From Candidatus Latescibacterota bacterium (GTDB lineage: Bacteria; Latescibacterota; UBA2968), in contig OZ220741.1 of the NCBI GenBank assembly GCA_965116885.1, positions 832,001 through 896,000 of the forward strand: 64,000 nucleotides of DNA, written 5' to 3'. The position numbers were made by a program, and so were the translations under genes. The notes under the pieces are model-generated. The model was not told the DNA's origin, ran no database searches, and saw only the letters and a list, made by a program, of their open reading frames with translations. Positions 39,035 through 47,510 of this stretch are shown piece by piece; the stretch's first letter is position 1, and each line of letters opens with the position of its first letter.

Positions 39035-39799
39035 TTAAACAGGCAGCAACACGGTGCTGTGCGCCTCGACATGACCGATGTTCTCGTCAATTTCGCCGCA
39101 GTTCATCATCCCAACAGTAATGGCGTCAATCGCTGGAATATCGAGAACGTAGTGGATGGCATCGCGTGCGGGCAAGTCGCCGCGGCCCACGACTTTCATC
39201 CCATAAACACCGATATCATTGGCATCCATCTCTTCCAGAATGGGAACGACGCGCTCGGGCGGACCATCCATATTCTTCCCGGCGTAATTGATCCGCGCCA
39301 AAACAACATCGACCCATGGGGTAATAGCTGCTTGCTCGAAGGCATCGATATCGTGACAGGAAACACCATGTGCGCGAATGATGCCTTTTTGCTTTTTATC
39401 GGCGAGAACATCCATAACGCCTCGATAGGAACTGGGCCAGTCTTCATCTGTCAGGCAGTGCATAAGAACAACATCGATATAATCCGTGTTTAATTCGCTC
39501 AAAATGCGATCCATATCGCGCTCTGCCTCCCGTGCTGTTGTCGCGCGAATTTTGGATGTAATAACAACCCGCTCGCGATCGATATGCTCCAATGCACCTG
39601 CAAGATGGACATGACTGCCGTATTGATCGGCACTATCCCAAAATGTGATGCCTCGTTCAAAGCCATAGATAAGCAAGTCAGTAAGCGCTTGTGTTCCCAG
39701 ATCCGTCTGATTGGAACGCCCGCCCCAGCCATTGGTACCAGTACCAAAACTGAGTTGCGAGACCAATATACCGGTGGTGCCGAGTTCGACGGTTTTCAC
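39035..39799 (-). CDS. Aldo/keto reductase
   Basis: LGTTGILVSQLSFGT, WDSADQYG, ITSK, LNTDYIDVVLMH, GVSCH. Confidence 0.92.
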   Translation of the reverse strand: MKTVELGTTGILVSQLSFGTGTNGWGGRSNQTDLGTQALTDLLIYGFERGITFWDSADQYGSHVHLAGALEHIDRERVVITSKIRATTAREAERDMDRILSELNTDYIDVVLMHCLTDEDWPSSYRGVMDVLADKKQKGIIRAHGVSCHDIDAFEQAAITPWVDVVLARINYAGKNMDGPPERVVPILEEMDANDIGVYGMKVVGRGDLPARDAIHYVLDIPAIDAITVGMMNCGEIDENIGHVEAHSTVLLPV

Positions 39800-39921
39800 G
39801 GTAAGCTCCTTTCCCTTCTTCTGTATTTTCTCCTACAATTTTTAGTATATTAAAGCACAGTTTTACATCCGTCAATGGATTTTGGTCCCTCTCCCTTGAG
39901 GGAGAAAGGAATATTACCACC

Positions 39922-40962
39922 ATGAGATTGGGGCTAATTGGATTGCCGCAGGTCGGTAAAAAAACGCTATTCCGCTTACTAACCGGGCACACAGGTGAAA
40001 TGGGTCAGGCAAAGGTGCGGGATGAGCGGTTTGACCGGCTCGTGGAAATGTACAAACCCGCACGCGAAGTACCTGCGGAAATGGCATTTGTGCTATTGCC
40101 CGACCTGGACACACAGGCCGACCGCAACATATCTGTCTTTCAAGACCTCGAGCGAGTAGATGTCATCTGCTTCCTCGCCCGGGTATTTGAAAACGACACC
40201 GTCTTTCACATTGCGGGCGACATAGATGCCAAACGCGACATACGGACTTTCTGGGAAGAATTATTGCTCGCCGACCTGATCTTTGTAGAAAAGCGACTGG
40301 AGCGAATAGCACAAGACCGGCACACAAAAGACAGGCTGCGAATAGAGCAAGAAAAGGACTTAATGACGCGCATGCAGGCGCATCTGGAAGCCGGAAACCC
40401 CCTGCGCCAGTTTCCCCTGGCCTCGGACGAAGTAAAACTGACATCCAGTTATCCCTTCTTAACCACCAAAGCAGTGATCGTAGTACTGAACACGGGTGAA
40501 GACCAGATCGGCGACGATGCGATCGTAGATGAAATAGCTGCTGATTTTGCCGACTGTGGTTTTGAATGGATCGCGATCTCCGCTCAAATCGAAGAAGAAA
40601 TCTCCCTGCTCGACGACGAAACACGCGAAGAATTTCTCGCCGATCTCGGCATTGAACAACCCGCACTGGATCGGCTCACCTTATTGTGTTATGAAACCCT
40701 CGGATTGATCTCATTTTTCACAGTGATCAACGACGAAGTACACGCCTGGACGATTCCGAGAGGCACCCTATCACCGCAGGCGGGCGGCGCAGTTCACGGA
40801 GACATCGAGCGGGGCTTCATCCGGGCTGAAGTCATGCGCTACGAAGACTTAATCGCATTGGGAGACGAGCAAAAAGTAAAAGCGGCGGGCAAGCTCATGG
40901 TCAAAGGAAAAGACGCAGAGATCTTTGATGGCGATGTAATACACTTCTTGTTCAAGGTTTGA
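39922..40962 (+). CDS. YchF/Obg-like protein with a degenerate G-domain
   Basis: C-terminal LGLISFFT..EVHAWT, HGDIERGFIRAEV, DGDVIHFLF; P-loop GLPQVGKKT. Confidence 0.85.
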   Translation: MRLGLIGLPQVGKKTLFRLLTGHTGEMGQAKVRDERFDRLVEMYKPAREVPAEMAFVLLPDLDTQADRNISVFQDLERVDVICFLARVFENDTVFHIAGDIDAKRDIRTFWEELLLADLIFVEKRLERIAQDRHTKDRLRIEQEKDLMTRMQAHLEAGNPLRQFPLASDEVKLTSSYPFLTTKAVIVVLNTGEDQIGDDAIVDEIAADFADCGFEWIAISAQIEEEISLLDDETREEFLADLGIEQPALDRLTLLCYETLGLISFFTVINDEVHAWTIPRGTLSPQAGGAVHGDIERGFIRAEVMRYEDLIALGDEQKVKAAGKLMVKGKDAEIFDGDVIHFLFKV

Positions 40963-41070
40963 AGCTACGTGCGCAGCGTTTTAGTCGTTATTTTCTTTAC
41001 ACGCAAAGCCTTTTTACATATTATTTTACGCTCTATAAAGATCCGTTTCACCACAACAGGAGATCGCATT

Positions 41071-41355
41071 ATGGCCGCTAAAATCTCGGAAATATTCACC
41101 GAATACGAAGAAGCGAACAAAGACCTGGAGCCTACGACCAGTAAGTTTGATACCGAACAAGAAATCCCAGTAGAAAAATATTGCTGTATCACGGGCGAAG
41201 CGGTAAAATCGAGCTTTTGCCGTTATCCCGACGAAAAAGAAGACACCATGATGGTCATGTCAAAAGAGCAGATGCTATTGCACTCCCGCAATGGTGGAAA
41301 TATTTCAGAAATATTTAAACAAGTACTGGCACTTCGCAGAAAACGAGAAAAGTAG
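41071..41355 (+). CDS. Small hypothetical protein (94 aa)
   Basis: CAGGAG RBS before ATG 41071; fills the intergenic gap; contains CCITG. Confidence 0.65.
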   Translation: MAAKISEIFTEYEEANKDLEPTTSKFDTEQEIPVEKYCCITGEAVKSSFCRYPDEKEDTMMVMSKEQMLLHSRNGGNISEIFKQVLALRRKREK

Positions 41356-41398
41356 GCGACGCCCCATCGCGGTATCCATCCCTCTATCCCTTTCGAGA

Positions 41399-42283
41399 AT
41401 GCGCGTGAAAGACGGCGTTTTGAAATACGGCTTTGTGGGTCCGGCACTGATCTTTCTGATCGCGTTCAACATCTTTCCCCTCTTCTACAACATCTACCTC
41501 AGCTTCACCGATGCCGAACTCAGTGGTGGTGTGGCACAGCTCATAGGGGGGCGCAACTACGGCGTCATCTTTGACGACACCCGCTATGGCACAGCCCTTC
41601 GCACAACCGGCCTATTCGTAGTTCTGGCAGTCGCAACTGAACTCCTTCTCGGCTTCGCCCTTGCCCTCGCCCTTCAAAAACCCTTCTGGGGCAAACCCGC
41701 CATCACCACCATACTCCTGGTACCCATGATGCTATCCCCCGCAGTCATGGGCCTGTACTGGAACTTTATTCTCAATGGTCATTACGGCGTCGTCAATCAA
41801 GCACTATCTGTCTTTGGCCTCTACCAACCGCAATGGCTAACCGACCCCGACTTAAAACTCTTCTCCATCCTGATGATCGACATCTGGATGTGGACACCAT
41901 TTATGATGCTCATCGCACTCGCCGGCCTCAACGCCATACCCAATCACCTCTACGAAGCCGCGGCCATTGATCGAGCATCCAGATGGACCGTCTTTCGGCG
42001 CATTACCCTTCCCCTGTGCTCACCCCTCCTCTTTCTCGCAGTCCTGCTGCGCACCACAGATGCCCTCAAACAATTTGACCTCGTCATGGCTGTCACGGGA
42101 CCCAATGACCGCGCGACCCAAACATTGAGTGCCCTCCTCTATCAAGTCATGTTTCGCGGATATAAAATTGGGCTGGGCAGCTCTTATAGCATCGTCATTC
42201 TCCTCATCGTCATCGCGCTCGCAACTATTTTCATCCGATACATCGCTGGCATCCAGGCAAAACAGGGGAGGGAAAGCGCGTGA
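41399..42283 (+). CDS. Carbohydrate ABC transporter permease (MalF-like)
   Basis: WMWTPFMMLIALAGL, LYEAAAIDRAS EAA loop. Confidence 0.92.
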   Translation: MRVKDGVLKYGFVGPALIFLIAFNIFPLFYNIYLSFTDAELSGGVAQLIGGRNYGVIFDDTRYGTALRTTGLFVVLAVATELLLGFALALALQKPFWGKPAITTILLVPMMLSPAVMGLYWNFILNGHYGVVNQALSVFGLYQPQWLTDPDLKLFSILMIDIWMWTPFMMLIALAGLNAIPNHLYEAAAIDRASRWTVFRRITLPLCSPLLFLAVLLRTTDALKQFDLVMAVTGPNDRATQTLSALLYQVMFRGYKIGLGSSYSIVILLIVIALATIFIRYIAGIQAKQGRESA

Positions 42284-43143
42284 AGAACTTGAGATGGCTC
42301 GTCATCATCCCGTATTTTTGTCTCGCCACACTCCCCCTGTGCTGGCTATTTCTCACCTCCCTGAAAACGCAGGAAGCGGCGATCAGCGCCACAGCCTCTC
42401 TCATACCAACCCCCGCAGAAAACATCGCCCCCGGAGGCCTGAGTTTCTCAGCCACATTGGACGCCTATCGCAAACTGGCAACACCACATACGGGCAAAGC
42501 ACACGCATTTTTTCACTACCTCTTAAACAGCGTCATCATCGGCCTGCTCAGCACCCTGACATCGGTCGTCCTCGGAACGGGCTGCGCGTATGGATTTAGC
42601 CGATTTCGCATCGCAGGTGCGCGGGATTGGCTATTCTTCATCCTCTCGACCCGCTTCCTGCCCCCGCTTGCCGTCGTGGTCCCCGTACTGATGATGTACC
42701 GCGTCTTTGATCTGCCCAATACACACCTGGGCCTCATCCTCCTCTACACGGCATTTAACCTCTCCCTCGCGGTCTGGCTAATGAAGGGATTCATAGACGA
42801 AATCCCCCGAGCGTATGAAGAGGCCGCGCTCGTCGATGGATACAGCCCATTTCAAGCATTTTACAAAATCATCTTACCCCACTCTGCAACCGGCATGGCT
42901 GTTACCGCCGTCTTCTGCCTCATATCCGCCTGGAATGAATACGGCTTCGCGCTCGCGCTCAACAACGCCGAAGCCGTAACCGTACCCGTCTATTTTGCCG
43001 GACTTCAGGGCAATATCCAGGGCATCCCCTGGCCGCAAATTGCCGCAGGCGTCCTCATCTTTGTCGTGCCAATAGTAATCTTCACAGTACTCGTCCGCAA
43101 CCATCTGCTGCGGGGCGTGACATTTGGAACGATTAAACAGTAA
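42280..43143 (+). CDS. Carbohydrate ABC transporter permease (MalG-like)
   Basis: YEEAALVDG, AWNEY. Confidence 0.92.
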   Translation: MKNLRWLVIIPYFCLATLPLCWLFLTSLKTQEAAISATASLIPTPAENIAPGGLSFSATLDAYRKLATPHTGKAHAFFHYLLNSVIIGLLSTLTSVVLGTGCAYGFSRFRIAGARDWLFFILSTRFLPPLAVVVPVLMMYRVFDLPNTHLGLILLYTAFNLSLAVWLMKGFIDEIPRAYEEAALVDGYSPFQAFYKIILPHSATGMAVTAVFCLISAWNEYGFALALNNAEAVTVPVYFAGLQGNIQGIPWPQIAAGVLIFVVPIVIFTVLVRNHLLRGVTFGTIKQ

Positions 43144-44204
43144 TGATGCCATTTCTCGAACTTCAAAACCTCCAGAAAACCTACCCCGACGGCACGCGGG
43201 CAGTCAGGGGTATTGACCTGCGTGTTGACAAAGGGGAATTTATCGTCCTCCTGGGTCCCTCGGGATGTGGAAAAACAACCACATTGCGGATGATCGCGGG
43301 ACTGGAGGATCCAACGGGCGGACGGATCACATTCGACAATCAAAACGTCACGCACCTGCCGCCATCTCAACGCGACATAGGATTTGTCTTCCAGTTTTAC
43401 GCCCTCTACCCGCACATGACCGTCCGCAAAAACATCGCATTTCCACTCGAGAACATCGGCACATCCTCCGCAGATACCGAAGCGGCAATAGACCGCGTAG
43501 CGCACGCCCTAAGTATCGAAACATTGCTCGACCAATACCCCAGACAACTTTCAGGTGGCGATCAACAGCGCGTCTCCCTCGCCCGGGCAATGGTACGCAC
43601 ACCGGATATCTATCTCATGGACGAACCCCTGGGCACACTCGACGCAGAACACCGACTGGAACTCAGAGCATTTATACGCCGCCAACAACTGGCCCTCTCC
43701 ATAACCGCCATCTACGTCACACACGACCAGGAAGAAGCCATGAGCCTGGCGGATCGCATTGCCGTCATGGACAACGGCAAAATCAGACAAATCGGATCCC
43801 CATCAGAAATTTACAACCATCCCGCAGACCTCTTTGTCGCAAACTTCGTCGGCAGCCCGGGCATGAATCTATTAACCGGACAAATCGTGCAAAACGGGGA
43901 CAATCTAACTTTCACCCACCCGGATACAGACATTCACATCCCCATCCGCGCGAACATCGCGCCCGCGCAAGTCATCTTTGGCATGCGCCCGGAATTTATC
44001 CGCCCCGCCAACCGCGGCATCCCGGGCAAAGTCATCCTCAGCGAATACCTCGGCAGCCACGGTTACGTACATGTCGATACCCCAATAGGCGAACTAATCA
44101 TGCGCTCAACCGACCGCTTCGCCATCGGAGAAAAAATCCATCTACACCTGAATGAGACACATATCCGTCTGTTCGATCCAGATACGGAAACCGCCCTCGT
44201 ATGA
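43143..44204 (+). CDS. Carbohydrate ABC transporter ATPase (MalK-like)
   Basis: GPSGCGKT, LSGGDQQR, LMDEP, YVTHDQ. Confidence 0.95.
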   Translation: MMPFLELQNLQKTYPDGTRAVRGIDLRVDKGEFIVLLGPSGCGKTTTLRMIAGLEDPTGGRITFDNQNVTHLPPSQRDIGFVFQFYALYPHMTVRKNIAFPLENIGTSSADTEAAIDRVAHALSIETLLDQYPRQLSGGDQQRVSLARAMVRTPDIYLMDEPLGTLDAEHRLELRAFIRRQQLALSITAIYVTHDQEEAMSLADRIAVMDNGKIRQIGSPSEIYNHPADLFVANFVGSPGMNLLTGQIVQNGDNLTFTHPDTDIHIPIRANIAPAQVIFGMRPEFIRPANRGIPGKVILSEYLGSHGYVHVDTPIGELIMRSTDRFAIGEKIHLHLNETHIRLFDPDTETALV

Positions 44205-45253
44205 ACAACTCATTCCTCAAAATCGACAACCTGTCCAAAAACTACGGCGAAACCCGGGCACTCTCGGAAATCTCACTCTCTCTTCACGCCGAAGAACTCC
44301 TCGTCATCCTGGGCCCAACAGGTGCGGGCAAAACGACGCTACTGCGCATCATCTCGGGCCTCGAAGCAGCGGATACCGGGCGTATAACCGTCGATGGCAC
44401 AGACATAACCCATCAGCTACCCGCAGAACGCGATATCGCCCTCGTCTTTCAGAACTTCTCACTCTACCCCAACAAAACCGTGCGCCAAAATCTCGCATTT
44501 CCACTCCAGGCACCCGGACGCAACCTCTCCAAAGTAGAAATAGCAAACAGAATTTCCCACACCGCCGACCTGCTTCGCATCACCCCGCTTCTATCCCGAC
44601 CCGCCACGCACCTGTCCGGCGGCGAAATGCAACGCGTCGCAATCGGACGCGCCATCGTGCGCCAACCCCGACTCTTTCTCCTGGACGAACCCCTCACCAA
44701 CCTGGATGCAAAATTGCGCGAAGTATTGCGCGTCGAACTCATCCGCCTCCAGCGCGACCTGGGCACACCCATGATTTACGTCACCCACGACCGGGTTGAA
44801 GCCCTCTCAATGGGCGACCGGATCGCCGTATTGTCCGAAGGTAAAATCCTGCAAATCGGTTCCCCCGAAGAAATCTACCAACAGCCCAATTCTCCGACCG
44901 TCGCCCGTCAACTCGGCTACCCCCCCATCAATACCATAGACGTCCACAAACAGCAAAACCAATGGTTCACCGCCACGAACCAGGCCATCCTTGCCGCGGA
45001 TCACAACGCCCCCTCAAACGCCACCCTCGGCATCCGCGCGGAAGATATATCTCCACAGGGAGGCGAAATTCCCGCGACCATCGAAGTCATCGAAGACCTC
45101 GGTGCATCGACCATCTTGCTCGCCGACTGGGCGGGGCAACCCATCCAGATCTCGGTCTCCGGTGAACAACAGTGGCATGTCGGAGATGAGATATACCCGT
45201 CTATTGATCCGGACCGCATTTTGGTGTGGGAAACCATCGATGAACAGGGATAA
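44201..45253 (+). CDS. Carbohydrate ABC transporter ATPase (second MalK-like)
   Basis: GPTGAGKT, LSGGEMQR, LLDEPLTNLDAKLR. Confidence 0.95.
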   Translation: MNNSFLKIDNLSKNYGETRALSEISLSLHAEELLVILGPTGAGKTTLLRIISGLEAADTGRITVDGTDITHQLPAERDIALVFQNFSLYPNKTVRQNLAFPLQAPGRNLSKVEIANRISHTADLLRITPLLSRPATHLSGGEMQRVAIGRAIVRQPRLFLLDEPLTNLDAKLREVLRVELIRLQRDLGTPMIYVTHDRVEALSMGDRIAVLSEGKILQIGSPEEIYQQPNSPTVARQLGYPPINTIDVHKQQNQWFTATNQAILAADHNAPSNATLGIRAEDISPQGGEIPATIEVIEDLGASTILLADWAGQPIQISVSGEQQWHVGDEIYPSIDPDRILVWETIDEQG

Positions 45254-45291
45254 AAACCCGTAGGACACAGGGACGCCACCCCTACAAAACA

Positions 45292-45329
45292 AAAAAGCCG
45301 ACGCACAAACGTCGGCTTTTTATTTTTTT
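45292..45329. terminator. Bidirectional intrinsic terminator
   Basis: AAAAAGCCGACG-cacaaa-CGTCGGCTTTTT followed by a T-run, between convergent genes. Confidence 0.8.
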
Positions 45330-45340
45330 CAGTCCACTAC

Positions 45341-47506
45341 TCAAGACGAACTTTCCGGAGGGGCTTCGAGGCGATAAACCGAGGTAATATTGGGAATCTT
45401 GCGGAGGTTTTGCAGGAGTTCTTCGAGATGGTCGGCATCTTTGATCTCTACCTGGAATTGGTCGTTAATCTCCTCGCGCCTCGTCTCGATACTGGCACCC
45501 ACAATGGGAACACCGAGATTGGACATAACCCGTGTCATATCGGACAACAAATTGGTGCGATCCTGACCCATAACCTGAATGGTAGCAGTAAAAGTCTCTG
45601 TCTGATCGGTTTCCCAATCGAGCGCGACCACGCGACCGGGGTCAGAAGACAAATTGGGCAAATTGGAACACCCCCGGCGATGGACAGATATACCGCGTCC
45701 GCGCGTGACAATACCAATAACCGGATCGCCCGCAATGGGATTGCAGCACCGGGCATACTGGATCATCAAATCGTTCAACCCGTGAATGCGCAACGCATCC
45801 GTATTTTTTTTTCGGCTCTCCTCTTGAACATCCCCAAGAGGCTTGCGCGCCGTGGGAAAGAGCTGATTGATAAACTTGCCAATTGAAATATCGCCATTGC
45901 CTATCGCGGCAAAAAGATGATCTGTATCTTCTTGTTCAAATGCGTCGGCTACGCTTTTCAGTTCCTCATTACTCGCGCGTTTGCGCCGCTGTCGCAACTC
46001 GCGCTCCACCATATCGCGCCCCAATCGAACGCTCTGATTAAAAGCCTCCTCGCGCAGAACCCTTCGAATACAACTTCGCGCTTTGGCACTCTTGACAAAA
46101 TCGAGCCAATCGCGATGCGGATGCTGGTGCGGCGACGTGATAATCTCAACCGTCTGCCCTGTTTCAAGCGGCGTAGAAAGTGGCGCCATCCGGTCGTCAA
46201 TGCGGGCACCCACGCAGCGATTGCCAATTTCGGTATGCACTGCAAAGGCAAAATCGACGGGTGTGGCCTCATCGGGAAGCTGAATCAGATCGCCCTGAGG
46301 CGTAAAAACATAAATCTCGTTTGAAAAGAGATCGACCTTGAGTTCTTCGATAATTTCTTGAGGATCTGATGTCTCCCCCTGCCATTCGAGCATATTGCGA
46401 AGCCCATCTATTTGTTGATCGAGTTCCGACCTTTCTGGAGAACCCTCTTTGTAAAGCCAGTGTGCTGCAATACCCACTTCTGCTGTTTGGTGCATCTCAT
46501 GGGTGCGTATCTGCACCTCGATCATCAACCCGCGCGGGCCTATCACCGTCGTGTGCAAAGACTGATACATATTGCTCTTGGGCGTCGCAATAAAATCCTT
46601 AAACCGGGGCATAACCGGTGTATAGAGCGAGTGAATCATACCCAGAACGTGATAACATTCCTGGACCGTATCGACCAGTATGCGGATGGCTAACAAATCG
46701 TAGATATCTTCAAAAGCTTTGCTCCGCGTCTGCATCTTCCGGTTAATACTGAAGAAATTTTTGGGCCGTCCCGTGATCTCCCCTCGAATATTTGCTTCCT
46801 TGAGCATTTTTTGCAGTGGCACGCGCATCTCTTCGATATAGGCCTCGCGTTCTCGTCTCTTAAGACGGATCTTTTTGCTAATCGCGCGATAGGCTTCCGG
46901 CTCGAGCCATTTGAGAGCCAGGTCTTCAAGCTCCCATCGAATACGCGCAATCCCCAAACGGTGTGCCAGAGGCGCGTAAATATCGAGACTCTCACGCGCC
47001 ATGCGCTCGCGCGTTTCAGGAGGCAGGGGATCCAGCGTACGCATATTGTGCAGACGTTCGCAAAACTTAACAAGAACGACGCGCAAGTCATTGATCAAAG
47101 ACAGAAACATCTTGCGAAAATTCTCGGCTTGCTCGGCCTCTTGTGATTGGAAGGACAGATCTTTAATCCTGGTCACACCGTCAACCAGATCGGCAATATG
47201 AGAACCAAAATGACGCGCGATTTGTGCGTGGGTTGCTGTGCCGTGCGCTATGGTATCGTGCAAAATACCGGCCACCAGAGTTACAGTATCCTGCTTGAGA
47301 TCTATCAGGATGCGCCCAACCTCAAGCGCGTGTACAATATACGGCTGGCCCGACTTGCGAAAATGATCCTGATGTGCCTTCCTCGCAAAATGAAAGGCAC
47401 GGGTCAAGAGTTTTACATTGTAATCGGAACGGCTTTGAAGAGCATCTTGGAGAAATGCGTCAAAGATGGGATCATCTACGAGGGATTTTGGGGAGAGATT
47501 GGTCAT
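45341..47506 (-). CDS. rel: Long RSH (p)ppGpp synthetase, RelA/SpoT family (HD-SYNTH-TGS-ZFD-ACT)
   Basis: RFKDFIATPK, YQSLHTTV, EVQIRT, GIAAHWLYKE, TPVDFAFAVHT, CCNPIAGD. Confidence 0.93.
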   Translation of the reverse strand: MTNLSPKSLVDDPIFDAFLQDALQSRSDYNVKLLTRAFHFARKAHQDHFRKSGQPYIVHALEVGRILIDLKQDTVTLVAGILHDTIAHGTATHAQIARHFGSHIADLVDGVTRIKDLSFQSQEAEQAENFRKMFLSLINDLRVVLVKFCERLHNMRTLDPLPPETRERMARESLDIYAPLAHRLGIARIRWELEDLALKWLEPEAYRAISKKIRLKRREREAYIEEMRVPLQKMLKEANIRGEITGRPKNFFSINRKMQTRSKAFEDIYDLLAIRILVDTVQECYHVLGMIHSLYTPVMPRFKDFIATPKSNMYQSLHTTVIGPRGLMIEVQIRTHEMHQTAEVGIAAHWLYKEGSPERSELDQQIDGLRNMLEWQGETSDPQEIIEELKVDLFSNEIYVFTPQGDLIQLPDEATPVDFAFAVHTEIGNRCVGARIDDRMAPLSTPLETGQTVEIITSPHQHPHRDWLDFVKSAKARSCIRRVLREEAFNQSVRLGRDMVERELRQRRKRASNEELKSVADAFEQEDTDHLFAAIGNGDISIGKFINQLFPTARKPLGDVQEESRKKNTDALRIHGLNDLMIQYARCCNPIAGDPVIGIVTRGRGISVHRRGCSNLPNLSSDPGRVVALDWETDQTETFTATIQVMGQDRTNLLSDMTRVMSNLGVPIVGASIETRREEINDQFQVEIKDADHLEELLQNLRKIPNITSVYRLEAPPESSS

Positions 47507-47510
47507 AGTA

